A stretch of DNA of 64,000 bases from Pristiophorus japonicus (taxonomy: Eukaryota): contig NC_091999.1 in NCBI RefSeq assembly GCF_044704955.1, positions 35,154,001 to 35,218,000 on the forward strand, given 5' to 3'. The notes under the pieces are model-generated. The model saw nothing but the letters and a program-made list of their open reading frames with translations, did no database searches and was not told the origin of the DNA. Positions 47,270 through 60,961 of this stretch are shown one piece after another; the stretch's first letter is position 1; each line of letters begins with the position of its first letter. A program made the translations under genes and the position numbers.

Positions 47270-50200
47270 ATAGAAACATAGAAACACAGAAAATAGGTGC
47301 AGGAGTAGGCCATTCGACCCTTCGAGCCTGCACCGCCATTCAATGACTTCATGGCTGAACATGCAACTTCAGTACCCCATTCCTGCTTTCTCGCTTTACC
47401 CCTTGATCCGCCTAGTAGTGAGAACTACATCGAACGCCTTTTAGAGTATATTTAGTGAATTGGCCTCAACAACTTTCTGTGGTAGAGAAATCCACAGGTT
47501 CACCACGCTCTGGGTGAAGAAGTTTCTTCTCAACTCGGTCCTAAATGGCTTACCCCTTATCCTTAGACTGTGACCCCTGGTTCTGGACTTCCCCAACATT
47601 GGGAACATTCTTCCTGCATCCAACCTGTCCAACCCCGTCATAATTTTAAACGTTTCTATGAGATGCCCTCTCATTCTTCTGAACTCCAGTGAATACTAGC
47701 CCAGTTGATCCAGTCTTTCTTGATATTTCAGTCCCGCCATCCCGGGAATCAGTCCGGCGAACCTTCGCTGCACTCCCTCAATAGCAAGAATGTCCTTCCT
47801 CAAGTTAGGAGACCAAACTGTACACAGTATACCAGGGGTGGCCTCACCAAGGCCCTGTACAACTGCAGTAACACATCCCTGCACCTGTACTCAAATTCCT
47901 TCGTTATGAAGGCCAACATGCCATTTGCTTTCTCAATCGCCTGCTGTACCTGCATGCCAATCTTCAATGATTGATATACCATGACACCCAAGTGTCATTG
48001 CACCTCCCCTTTTCCTAATCTGTCACCATTCAGATAATAGTCTGTCTCTCTGTTTTTACCACCAAAGTGAATAACCTCACATTTATCCACATTATACTTC
48101 ATCTGCCATGCATTTGCCCACTCACCTAACCTATCCAAGTCACTCTGCAGCATCATAGCATCCTCCTCACAGCTCACACTGCCACCCAACTTAGTGTCAT
48201 CCGCAAATTTGGAGATACTACATTTAATCCCCTCGTCTAAATCATTAATGTACAATGCAAACAGCTGGGGCTCCAGCACAGAACTTTGCGGTACCCCACT
48301 AATCACTGCCTGCCGTTCTGAAAAGTACCCATTTCTCCTACTCTTTGCTTCCTGTCTGCCATCCAGTTCTCAATCCCCGTCAGCACACTATCCCCAATCC
48401 CATGTGCTTTAACTTTGCACATTAATCTCTTCTGTGGGAACTTGTCGAAAGCTTTCTGAAAGTCCAAATACACAACATCAACTGGTTCTCCTTTGTCGAC
48501 TCTACTGGAAACATATTCAAAAAATTCCAGAAGATTTGCCAAGCATGATTTCCTTTTCACAAATCCATGCTGACTTGCAACTATCATGTCACCTCTTTCC
48601 AAATGCGCTGCTATGATATCCTTAATAATTATTTCCATCATTTTAACCACTACCGATGTCAGGCTGACTGGTCGATAATTCGCTATTTTCTCTCTCCATC
48701 CTTTTTTAAAAAGTGGGATTGTATTGGCTACCCACCACTCCATAGGAACTGACCCAGAGTGTATGGAATGTTGGAAAATGACTGTCAATGCATCCGCTAT
48801 TTCCAAAGCCACCTCTTTAAGTACTCTGGGATGCAGTCCATCAGGCTCTGGGGATTTATCGGCCTTCAATCCCATCAATTTCCCCAACACAATTTCCCGA
48901 CTAATAAGGATTTCCCCCAGTTCCTCCTCCTTACTAGACCCTCTGACCTCTTTTATATCCGGAAGGTTGTGTCCTCCTTAGTGAATATCGAATCAAAGTT
49001 CTTGGTCAATTGGTCTGCCATTTCTTTGTTCACCGTTATGACTACCCCTGATTCTGACTGCAGGGGACCTACATTTGCTTCAGTAACCTTTTTCTCTTTA
49101 CATATCTATCGAAGCTTTTGCAGTCCGTCTTAATGTTTGCTGCAAGCTTCCTCTCGTACTCTATTTTCCCTGCCCTAATCAAACCCTTTGTCCTCCTCTG
49201 CTGAGTTCTAAATTTCTCCCAGTCCCTGGGTTCGCTGCTATTTCTGGCCAATTTATATGCCACCTCATTGGCTTTAATAATATCCCTGATTTCCCTTGAT
49301 AGCCATGGGTGAGCCATCTTCCCTTTTTTATATTTACGCCAGACAGAGATGTACAATTGTTGTAGTTCATCCATGCTGTCTCTAAATGTCTGCCATTGCC
49401 CATCTGCAGTCAACCCCTTTAGTATCATTCGCCAATCTATCATTGGCCAATTAACGCCTCATACCTTCAAAGTTACCCTACATTAAGTTCTGGACCATGG
49501 TCTCTGAATTAACTGTTTCGTTCTCCATCCTAATGTAGAATTCCACCATATTATGGTCACTCTTCCTCAAAGGGCCTCGCACAACGAGATTGCTAATTAA
49601 TCCTCTCTCGTTACACAACACCCAGTCTAAGATGGCCTCCCCCCTAGTTGGTTCCTCGACATATTGGTCAAGAAAACCATCCCTTATGCACTCCAGGAAA
49701 TCCTCCTCCACCGTATTGCTTCCAGTTTGGTTAGCCCAATCTTATGCATATTAAAGTCACCCATGATAACTGCTGCACCTTTATTGCATGCACCTCTAAT
49801 TTCCTGTTTGATGCCCTCCCCCACATCACTGCTACTGTTTGGAGGTCTGTACACAACTCCCACTAACGTTTTTTGCCCTTTGGTGTTCTGCAGCTCTACC
49901 CATATAGATTCCACATCATCCAAGCTAATGTCCTTCCTAACTATTGCATTAATCTCCTCTTTGACCAGCAATGCTACCCCACCTCCTTTTCCTTTTATTC
50001 TATCCTTCCTGAATGTTGAATACCTTTGAATGTTGAGTTCCCAGCCCTGATCATCCTGGAGCCACGTCTCCGTAATCCCAATCACATCATATTTGTTAAC
50101 ATCTATTTGCACAGTTAATTCATCCACCTTACTACGGATACTCCTTGCAGTAAGACACAAAGCCTTTAGGCTTGTTTTTTTAACACCCTTTGTCCTTTTA

Positions 50201-51945
50201 GAATTATGATGCAGTGTGGCCCTTTTTGCTTCTTGCCTTTGTTTACTCAACCATCCACTATTGCTTTTTACCTTTCTACCGTCTGTTTCTGGCTCCATAT
50301 TACTTCGCCCTGTCTCGCTGCATAGGTTCCCATCCCCCTTCCATATTCGCTTAAACACTCCAGAACTGCATTAGCAAATGTTACCTCTAGGAGACCAGTT
50401 CCAGCCCGGCCCAAGTGCAGACTGTCCCTTTTGTACAGGTTCCACTTCCCCCAGAACTGGTTCCAATGTCCCAGGAATTTGAATCCCTCCCTCTTGCACC
50501 ACTGCTCAAGCCACGTATTTATTCTAACTACCCTGCTCCCTCTACTCTGATTAGCACGTGGCACTGGTAGCAATCCAGAGATTCCTACCTTTGAGGTCCT
50601 ACTTTTTAATTTAAATCCGAGCTCCCTAAATTCAGCTTGTAGGAACTCTTCCCGCTTCTTACCTATATCGTTGGTACCTACATATACCACGGCAACTGGC
50701 TGTTCACCCTCCCTCTCCAGAATGCTTTGCAGCCGCTCTGAGACATCCTTGACCCTTGCACCAAGGTGGCAACATACCATCCTGGAGTCTAGGTTGCGGC
50801 CGCAGAAACTCCTATCTATTCCCCTTACAATAGAGTCCCCTATCACTTTAGCTCTCCCACTCTTTTTCCCATATTTCTGTGCAGCAGAGCCACCCACGGT
50901 GCCATGAACCTGGCTGCTGGTGCCTTGCCCTGGTAAGTCTTCTTCCCCAACAGTATCCAACACGGTATATCTGTTTTGGAGGGAGATGACAGCAGCAGCA
51001 CTAACTTCCTGCTCTTGCCTTGTCTGTTGGTCACCCATTCACTATCTATCATAAACCTTACTGCGGTCTGACCAACTCACTAAATGTGCTATCCACAACA
51101 TTCTCAGCATCGGGCATGCTCCAGAGTGAGTCTATCCGCAGCTCCAATGCCGTCATGTGGTCTGTCAGGAGCTGCAGCTGGACACACTTCCTGCACACAT
51201 AGTAGTCAGGGACACGGGAAGCGTCCCTGATTTCCCACATAGCACAGGAGGAGCATGACACGGGTCCGAGCTCTCCTGCCATGACTTAACCCTTAAATTA
51301 ATTTACATACTAAAATTTACTGAAACACCAAACAGCTACTTAGTAGTTCGCTGCCAATTAAACCAATCTAAACCTCAGTCTAAAAGAGAGTTATACTTAC
51401 CAGTCGAACAGCTATCCATTTACCAGCTTGGCTGTGACGTCACCTCTCAATTTGGCACCCCTCTATCTTTGTCTGCAGCTGGTTGGGCTGGTCTCTGGGC
51501 CTCCATCTCATACCCTCGCACTCCTTATCAGCTGCTCTAGTGTCAGCACTGGTAGGAAAAACAAGAGAAAACAGCACCAGCCACCCCAACTTGCCCGAAC
51601 TCACCCACTTACCAAATTCACAAATGCCATTCTATGCTGCTGCACTCCGTGCTCTGCACGAACTGCCTCTTTTTAAACTGTATCTAGGTCAGATGACTCA
51701 CTACTGGTCAGTCGTTTACAGAACTGATTTTAACTAGCTGCTACTTGCCTCCTACTGGAGAGTTACCTTGGTTTTCAATGCCTAAACCTGAAAGATCTGA
51801 CTTTTCCCTTTTAAATTAAACTGCTACTTGCCACTAACAATTTATACCAACGTTCAAATGGTTTCAAGAGTATAACCCTTAAATCTCACCCACTTACCAA
51901 ACTCACAAATGCCACTATATGCTGTTGCACTCCGTGCTCTGGAGA
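47270..51945 (-). mobile_element. Full-length decayed CR1 LINE related to 7933-12406, with a different 5'UTR
   Basis: ORF1 pieces (51058-51282, 50268-51038; GDS, GTND, DSLH); ORF2 pieces 47441-50358; (TTTCTATG) tail; multiple frameshifts. Confidence 0.93.
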
Positions 51946-51986
51946 CAAGTCCAATCCAAGTAACGGGCTGCGTTTAATCCTTCTGG

Positions 51987-52539
51987 GGCTGTGGGGTTGG
52001 TTTATATGGGAAAGGAGGCGATTGGTTTCAGTGAGTGTGGGGCTGGTTCATATCAGACAGGAGGGAATTCGTGTCATTGACCGTGGAGCTGGTTTATATC
52101 AGACAGGAGGGGATTCGTGTCAGTTGACTGTGGGGTTGGTTTATATCAGACAGTAGGAGATTGGTGTCAGTGACTGTGGGGTTGGTTTATATCAGACAGG
52201 AGGGGATTGGTGTCAGTAACTGTGTGGTTGGTTGATATCAGACAGGAGGGTATTGGTGTCACTGACTGTGGGTTTGGTTTATATCAGATAGGAGGGGATT
52301 GGTGTCAGTGACTGTGGGGTGGGTTTATATCAGACAGGAGGGGATTGGTGTCAGTGAATGTGGGGTTGGTTTATATCAGACAGGAGGGGATTGGTGTCAG
52401 TGATTTTGGGGTTGGTTTATATCAGAAAGGAGGGGGTTGATGTCAGTGACTGTGAGGTTGGTTTATATCAGACAGGAGGAGATTGGTTTCAGTGACTGTG
52501 GGGTTGGTTGATATAAGACAGTAGGGGATTGGTGTCAGT
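51987..52539 (+). repeat. 46-bp minisatellite (gactgtggggttggtttatatcagacaggaggggattggtgtcagt), ~12 units
   Basis: Read directly. Confidence 0.95.
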
Positions 52540-53155
52540 ATCTAACCCCGTGCTGTACCTGCCCGCGGACTGTTTGTTGGGGCAGTGTATATGGAGCTTT
52601 GCTTTGTATCTAACGCGTGCTGTACCTGCCCTGGTAGTGTTTGATGTGGCAGTGAAGATGGAGTTTTGCTCTGCATCAAACCCGTGCTGTACCTGCCATG
52701 GGATTGTTTGATGGGACAGTGTAGAGGGAACTTTACTCTGTATCTAATCGGGTGCTGTCAGAGTCCTGGGAGTTTTGATGGTGCAGTGTAGTGGGAGATT
52801 ATCTCTGTATCTAACGCCGTGCTGTACCAGCCCTGGGATGTCTGATGGGACAATGTAGAATGATTTTTACTCTGTCTCTAAGCCTATGCTGTACGTGCCC
52901 TGTGAGTCTTTGATGGGACAGCGTAGAGGGAACTTTACTCCGTATCTAACACGTGCTGTACCTACCCTGGGAGTATTTGATGTGGTAATGTCGAGGGAGT
53001 TTTACTCTGTATCTAACCCCGTGCTGTACCTGCCCTGGGAGTGTTTGATGGGATAGTGTCGAGGGAGCTTTACTCTGTATCGAAACCAGTGTTGTCCGTA
53101 CCCTGGGTGTGTTTGCTGGGGCAGAGAAGATGGAGCTTTAATCTGTATCTAACAT
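52538..53155 (-). repeat. ~67-bp tandem repeat, ~9 units
   Basis: tatctaacccgtgctgtacctgccctgggagtgtttgatgggacag units. Confidence 0.9.
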
Positions 53156-53369
53156 TATCCACCCCTCAGCCGCCAGTTCCCGGTTCTCCTGCATCGTTCC
53201 AGCCTGAAGCTCAAAAAAGCGGCCCCATGGCAAACTCCAGGACAGGAAGTGAATCATAGAAAGTCTGCAAATAAACGCACATTGGTGATTAGTTGAGGAG
53301 AGTCGCACACCAAAATTACAGAGCGAAAGCTTATAGTGAAGGACAGAGTATTGGGAAGAGGAATGGAGA

Positions 53370-53528
53370 TAGAGTCGGCACCTTCAGGGGCGGAGAGGGA
53401 TGGGAACCAGTGAGTGTTGAACTGAACCCAGTCAGAGTCAGTACCTTCAGGGGAGGGGAACCAGTGAGTGTCGATCTGAAGCCAGCCAGAGTCAGTACCT
53501 TCAGGGGAGGGGAACCAGTCAGTGTAGG
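53370..53528 (+). repeat. Three ~54-bp tandem units (agagtcagtaccttcaggggaggggaaccagtgagtg...)
   Basis: Read directly. Confidence 0.85.
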
Positions 53529-53529
53529 A

Positions 53530-53816
53530 CTCCCCGCTGCGAATGGTGGAATATTTTTCAGGAAGTATAAATGATTAAAGCTCTTTCCACAGTCATTGCA
53601 CTGGAACATTCTCACTCGGGTGTGTGTGCGTGTCTCGGTGATTTTCCAGTCACACTGATGTTTGAAATATTTTCCCACGAACAGAACAGGCAAACATTTC
53701 TTCTTCCACATTCAAAGGCTGATGATATTCAGGTCCTGATGAATCGAGTCACTGTCAGATCTTGATATGATGATTGATTTAAATTTCTCGTCTGTAAATC
53801 CTCCTCTTCTAACACC
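53530..53816 (-). pseudogene. Truncated C2H2 zinc-finger gene exon
   Basis: Same acceptor as 46700; HTRVRMFQCNDCGKSFNHL finger; frameshifted; ends at an SGE linker. Confidence 0.8.
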
Positions 53817-54109
53817 CTGTAAAAGGAGTTTACAAAGTTCCAGGATAGAAAATCGAAACAGACATTTCTAGTTCCTATGGAATATTCTTTCCCCTCTCGT
53901 TCCCACAAACATGTGTTCCAATCAAACTAAAATAAGGCAAAATAAGCAACAAAAGCAAAGGGAATCTTCCCAACGAAACCTGAATGTAACTTCCAGTGTA
54001 TATGAGATCTTCCATACGCTGAGGTACCACTGGTCGCAGAAGGCATTAAGGAACCAGTGCACAACGCATGCTCTCTCTCCAGGGCCATCCGGCACTGACA
54101 ACACAAAAA

Positions 54110-55460
54110 AACACAAGAATTTGTCACAGGAATAGGCCATACGGCCCCTCGAGCCTGCTCCACCATTTAATCAGATCATGGCTGATCATTGACCATAACT
54201 CCACTTTCTTGCCCTCACTCTATATCTCTTGATTTCCCGACATTCCAAAATTCTACCTATTTCACTCTTGACTATATTCAACACATCAGCACCCACAGTC
54301 CTTTCGGGTAGAGAATTCCAAATATTTGCAAACCTCTGAGTGAGGGCATTCCTCCTCATCTCAGTCTTATATGGCCTACCCCTTATCCTGAGACTATGCC
54401 TCCTAGTTCTAGCCTTTCCAGCTGGAGGAAACAACCTCTCGGCATCCACCATTTCAATCCCCCTCAAAATCGTATCTATTTCAATGAAACACCTCTCGTT
54501 CTTATAAACACCAGAGAGTATCGGCCCATTCTGCTCAATCTCTCCTCATAGGAAAAACCCCCATCCCGTTAATCAATCTGACAAACGTTCGTTGCACTCC
54601 CTCAGATTAAGGAGACCAAAACTTTGCATAGTACTGCAGGTGTGGCCTCACCAGCGCCTTTTACAATTGTAGCAAGACTTTGTAATTCTTGTACTCCAAC
54701 CACCTGGCAATAAAGGCCAACATGCTTTCCTAATTGCTTGCTGGACCTGCATGCCAGCTCTCTGAGTTTCCTGTGCGAGGACACCTAAATCTCTCTGAAC
54801 ACTAACATTTATTAGTTTTTCACCATTAACAAAATATTCTGTTTTTCTATTCTTGCTAACAAAGTGAATAACCTCACATTTCCCCACATTATACTCCATC
54901 TGCCACCTTACTGCCCACTCACTTAACCTGTCCATATCCCTCTGCAGCTCTTTGCGTCCTCCTCACAACGTACTTTCCCTTCTGGCTTTGAATCGTCAGC
55001 AATCCTGTATACAATGCACTTGGTCATTAATATAGACTGTAAATAGTTCAAGTAAAGCGCTGGCACCCCACTGGTCACAGCCTGCCAACCGATAAATGAC
55101 CCGTTTATCCCTACTCTCTGTTTTCCATCCGTTAACCAATCCTCTATCCATATTAATATATTACCCCCAACTCCATGAGCTCTTAAGTTGCATTTTATGT
55201 GGCACATCAATTGCTTTTTGGAAATTCTAAAACATTACATCCACTGGTTCCTCTTCATCCACCCTGCTAGTTACATCCTCAAAAAAATTAATAACTGTAT
55301 TAAACACGATTACCTTTCATAGACACTGCCTAATCATACCATGATTTTCTAAAAGCTCTGTTACCACTTCTGTAGTAATGGATTCCAGCATTTTCCCAAG
55401 GACTGATGTCAGGTTAACTGGCCTGTAGTTTCCCGTTTTCTCTCTCCCTCCTTTCTTGAC
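54110..55460 (-). mobile_element. Decayed CR1 RT-3' fragment
   Basis: KKGGREKTGNYRPV, IADDSK, YNVGKCEVIHF. Confidence 0.9.
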
Positions 55461-55790
55461 CGTGGAAGAGAGGCAGGCAGCTAGAGTGACCCACCTCTGG
55501 GCCCCGCCCACCCCGGACCTACAAGTTGCTGTTTGAGCCAGGCCCAAGAGCAGGTCCAGGAGAAGATCCTCCGTCTTACCAACCCCTCTCTGCACCAGGC
55601 GGCCAAAGATTAGGAGCACGGGGCTAAAGTATAACCAAGAGTTGAGGAGCGGCCCCTTCAGGTTACTATTCAGGGGCTGCAATCTCTCACACTGAATATA
55701 TACATGGCCCATGGACTCCTCTAGGCCGCGAACATCACAAGCGGCCTGGCAATAAGGTGAAGCCGAAAAAGAGCGCGTATGACAGATGTC
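55460..55790 (-). mobile_element. Tx1/L1-clade LINE C-terminal fragment
   Basis: C...EESMGHVYIQCERLQPL...W..FSP.LLIFG...LLLGLA. Confidence 0.6.
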
Positions 55791-55799
55791 AGGTCGAGA

Positions 55800-56506
55800 A
55801 TACATCTGAGAGATCTAACGGTTTATGTGCACAGATCGTGGAAGGTGGCAGGACAGGTTATGAAAGCAGTTAAAAAAACTTACGGGAGCTTGGGCTTCAT
55901 GAATAGAGGTATAGAGTATAAAAGTGTGGAAATTAAGATCAACATGTATAAAACATTGATTCGGCCTCAACTACAGTAGTGTGTCCAATTCTGGGCACCG
56001 CACTTTAGGAAGGATGTGAAGGGCTTAGAGAGGGTGCAGAAAACATGTCCGATCATGATTCCAGGGATGAGGGCCTTCAGTAACGTGGATAAACTGGAGA
56101 AGCTGGGGCTTTCTCCTTAGAGCAAAGAAGATTTGATAGAGGTGTTTAAAATCATGAGGGGTCTGGACAGAGTAGTTAGAGGTAACCTGTTCCCATTGGT
56201 GGAAGGTTAGAGAACCAGAGGACACAGATTTAAGGTGATTGGCAAAACAACCACAGGCAACATGAGAAAAATATTTTTACACAGCGAGTGGTTAGGATCT
56301 GGAATGCACTGCCTGAAGGGATGGTGGACGTTGACTCAGTCACTGGTTTCAAAAGGGAGTTAGATATGTATCTGAAGGAGATAAATTTTTCGGGCTACAG
56401 GGAAAAGGCAGGTGAGTGGCACTAGCTGAAGTCCTCTTGCAGAGAGCCGGCACGGGTTCGACAGGCCGAATGGCCTCCTTCTGTGCTGTAACCATTCTAT
56501 GATTCT
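55800..56506 (+). mobile_element. CR1 3' fragment
   Basis: LGFMNRGIEYKS; attctatgattct tail. Confidence 0.85.
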
Positions 56507-56507
56507 A

Positions 56508-57252
56508 ACGAGGCCCAGCTGTATCGCACCACCACTTCTCTCGACCCCTCCACAGTCTCTAAATTGTCAGACTGCTTGTACAACATCCAGTACCAGGTGA
56601 GCAGAAATGTTCTCCAATTAAATATTGGGAAGACTGAAGCCATTGTCTTTTGTCCCCATCACAAACTCCATTCACTCGTCGCCGACTGCATCCCTCTCTC
56701 TAGCATCTGGCCGAGGCTGAACGAGACTGTTCGCAAACTTTCACCCTGAAATGAGCTTCCGAGCACATATCCGCACCTTAACCAAAACCGCCTATTTCCA
56801 CCCCCATAACATTGTCCGTCTCCGCCCCTGCCACAGTTCATCTGCTGCAGAAGCTCTCAACCATGCCTTTGTTACCTCTCGACTTGACTATTCCAACACA
56901 CTCCTGGCTGGCCTCCCATGTTCGACACTGAGTAAACCCGAGCTCATCCAAAACTCTGCAGCTCGTGTCCTAACTCGCACCAAGTCCTGTTCACCCATCA
57001 TCCATGTGACCGACATTGGCTCCCTGGTATGCAACTTATCAATTTCAAAATTCTCAGCTTATTTACAAATCCCTCCGTGGCCTCGACCCTCCCTATCTCA
57101 GTAATATCCTTCAGCCTCAAAAGCCAACCCCCCTCCCCATATATCTGTGCTTCTCAAATTCTGCCCTCTTGAGGATCCGTAATTATAATCACGAAACCAT
57201 CGGTGGTCCTGCCGTCTGCTGTCTAGGCCCAAAGCTCTAGAACTCCTTCCCT
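56508..57252 (+). mobile_element. L2-clade LINE RT C-terminal fragment
   Basis: LQLNIGKTE; AFVTSRLDYSNTLLAGLP; IQNSAAR. Confidence 0.88.
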
Positions 57253-57254
57253 CT

Positions 57255-57546
57255 GCAGGTAGGAGGTTTAGAGGGGATTTGAGGGGAAATGTCTTCACCC
57301 AGAGACTGGTGGGGGTCTGGAACTCACTGCCTGAAAGGATGGTAGAAGCAGAAATACTCAGCACATTTAAAAAGCATTTTGATTTGCACTTGAAGTGCCG
57401 TAAGCTACAGGGCAACGGACCAAGAGCTGGAGAGTGGAATTAGGCTGCATAGCTCTGTGTCGGCCGGCACGGACACGGTGGGCTGAAATGGCCTCCTTCC
57501 GTGCTGTAAATTTCTATGATTCTATGATTCTAAATCTATGATTCTA
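57255..57546 (+). mobile_element. CR1 3' end
   Basis: (ATTCTATG)n tail. Confidence 0.85.
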
Positions 57547-58238
57547 AATGGGCAGGGTTTAAACTAAAATGGCAGGGGAATGGGAATCTGTGCAGGGAGG
57601 CAGAGAGAAATAAAAAGGCGGCAGAAGCAAAAGGTAGGAAGGAGAAAAGCAAGAGTGGAGGGCAGAGAAATCAAGGGCAAAAATCAAAACTGGTCTACAA
57701 AAGGGCGCACTACAACATAATTCTAAAAGGACAAAGACTGTTAAAAAACAAACCTGAATGCTCGGATTCTCAGTGCGAGAAGCATTCGTAATAAGTTGGA
57801 TGAATTGACTGCGCAGATAGCTGTTAACAGATATGATGTAATTGGGATTATGGAGACATGGTTCGAGGGTAACCAAGGCTGGGAATTCAACATCCAGAGA
57901 TAATCAATATTCAGGAAGGACAGACAGGAAGGAAAAGGAGGTGGGGTAGCGTTACTGATTAAAGAGGAGATTAACGCAATAGTAAGAAAGGACATTAGCG
58001 TGGATGATGTTTTATCTATATGGATACAGCTGCGAAACACCAAAGGGCAGAAAACATTAGTGGGAGTTGTGTGCAGACAATCAAACAGTAGTAGGGAGTT
58101 TGGGGATGGCACCAAACAGGAAATTAGGGACACGTGCAATAAGGGTACAGAAGTTATCATGGGTCACATAAAGCTATAATTTGATTGGGCTATCCAAACT
58201 GGTAGCAATACTGTGGAGTAGGATTTCCTGGAGTGTAT

Positions 58239-58822
58239 CATCACCATAGGCAGTCCCTCGAAGCGAAGATGACTTGCTTCTGCACCAAAAAGGTTTGAGT
58301 TCACAGGTGTTTCAATGAAGGACCTAATATTCCAAATCCCGATCTACACTTTGGAGGGTGTACGATGCCTGTGCTTGGATGTTTTTAACGTGTGATGGCC
58401 GTTGCACACCAGCCACCACACAGGCTTGATAGAGCTAGGTCTTGGTCCAGTGGCAATGATTACCTCAGACGACTGGAGACCAGCTCAGCTGCACGGACCT
58501 AGCATACACGCATATAGCAGTGTGGGCAGGTCCATGCTGCCTCTGGGCACTCGCCTCTTTTTGGGCCCCAGACTCACGCCTCTCCTGGGCCCGGGTCACT
58601 TCCCTCTACAATCTCTTGGAGCTCCTTGGCCCCTCGTGCTGTGCCTGCTCGCACTGTAATGAGCGACCTGGCTTCACAACCGTCGACCTCCTGCAATGGT
58701 ATGCCACCGCCGCTCGCAGTTACCTCTGATGGCCCCGGCCTGCTGATGGTTTTGCAGGCCGGGACCGCGCTGCCGCACCCTGCTCCCTTTAATGCAGCCT
58801 TTCAATCACAGTAAATCCTCTA
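58239..58822 (-). mobile_element. Non-autonomous element with RTE-type 3' end
   Basis: 8-bp TSD GAGTGTAT (58231-58238, 58823-58830); gaagcaagtcatc..tcg shared with the RTE at 34457; (GAT)n-like tail. Confidence 0.7.
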
Positions 58823-60961
58823 GAGTGTATAAGGGATGGTTTTCTAGACCAACATGTCGAGGAACCAACTGGAGAGCAGGCCATCCTTGACTGGGTGATG
58901 TGTAGTGAGAGAGGATTAATTAGCAATCTGGTCGTGCCGGGCCCCTTGGAGAAGAGTAAGCATAATATGGTATAATTCTTTATTAAGATGGCGAGTGACA
59001 CAGTTAATTCAGAGACTAGGGTCCTGAACTTAATGAAAGGAAACTTCGACGGTATGAGACGTGAACTTGCTCGGATAGACTGGAAAATGATACTTAAAGA
59101 GTTGACGGTGGATAGGCAATGGCGGACATTTAACTATCACATAGATTAACTTCAACAATTGTACATCCCTGTCTGGAGTAAAAATGAAACAGGGAAGGTG
59201 GCTCTACCGTGGCTAGCAAGGGAAATTAAGAATAGGGTTAAATCCAAGGAAGATGCATCTAAATTGGCCAGAAAAAACAGCAAACCTGATGACTGGGAGA
59301 AATTTAGAATTCAGCAGAAGAGAACCAAGGGTTTAATTAGGAGGGGTGAAATAGAGGTATGAGAGTAAGCTTGCAGAGAACATACAAACTGACTGTAAAA
59401 GCTTCTGTAGATTAGTGAAGAGAAAAAGATTAGTGAAGACTAATGTAGGTCCCTTGCAGTCCGAATCAGGTGACTTCATAATGTGGAACAAGGAAATGGC
59501 AGACGAACTGAACACATACTTTGGTTCTGTCTGTACTAAGGAAGACACGAAAAAACTCACGTAAATACTAGGGAACCGAGGGTTGAGCAAGAAGGGGGAA
59601 CTGAGGGAAATCCTTAATATTCAGGAAATGGTGTTAGGGAAATTGAAGGGACTAAAGGCCGATAAATCCCCACGGCCTGATATTCTGCATCCCAGAGTAG
59701 TTAAGGAAGTTGCGCTTGGAAATGTTGATGCCTTGGTGGTCATTTTCCAATATTCCATTGACTCTGGTTCAGTTCCTATGGATTGGAGGGTAGCTAATGT
59801 AACCTCACTTTTTAAAAAAGGAAGGAGCGAGAAAACAGAGAATTATAGATCGGTTAGCCTGAAATCGTTTGTGGGGACAATGCTGGAATCAATTATTAAA
59901 GATGTAATAGCAGCGCATTTGGAAAGCAGTGACAGGATGAATCCAAGTCAGCATGGATTTATGAAATGGAAATCATGCTTGACAAATCTTCTAGAGTTTT
60001 CTGAAGATGTAACTCGTAGAGTGGACAAGGGATGTGATGTATTTGGACTTTCAAGAGGGTTTTGACCGACCAACACAAGAGATTAGTGTCCAAAATTAAG
60101 GCACATGGTATTGGGGGTAATGCATTGACGTGTATAGAGAACTGGTTGGCAGATAGGAAGCAAAGAGTGGGAATAAACGAGTCCTTTTCAAAATGGCAAG
60201 CAGTGATTAGTGGGGTGTCACATGGTTCAGTGCTGGTACCCCAGCTATTTACAATATACTTTAATGATTTAGACGAAGGAATTGAATGTAATATCTCCAA
60301 CTTTGCAGATGACACTAAGCTGGGTGGCAATGCGAGCTGCGAGGAGGAACCTAAGAGGCTGCAGGGGGCCAGGGACAGGTTCGGTGAATGGGCAAATGCA
60401 TGTCAGATGAAGTATAATGGGGATACATTTAAGGTTATCCACTTTGGTAACAAAAACAGGAAGGCAGATTATTATCTGAATGTTGACAGATCAGTAAAAG
60501 GGGAGGTTTAAAAAGACCTGGGTGTCATGGTTCATCAGTCATTGAAGGTAGGCATGCAGCTACAGCAGGCAGTAAAGAAAGCAAATGGTATGCTGGCCTT
60601 CATAGCGAGGGCATTTGAGTATATGAGCAGTGAGGTCTTACTGCAGTTGTACAGGGACTTGGTGAGACCATATCTTGACTATTGTGTGCAGTGTTGGTCT
60701 CCTAATCGGAGGAAAAACGTTTTTGCTATTGACGGAGTGCAGCGAAGGTTCAGCAGACTGATTCCCGGGATGGCAGGACTAACATAATAGGAAAGACTGG
60801 ATCGGCTCGGCTGATAATCACTGGAATTTAGAAGAATGAGAGGGGATCTCATAGAAACATATAAAAATCTGACCGGACTGGACAGGTTAGATGCAGGACG
60901 AATGTTCCCGATGTTGGGGAAGTCGAGAACCAGGGTGCACAGTCTAAAGATAAGGGGTAAG

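Noticed and set aside
57549-57570. CR1 copy truncated just upstream of the slippery site as evidence of RT stalling at a structure
   Set aside because: Single event, and RT would be expected to stall on the 3' side of the structure
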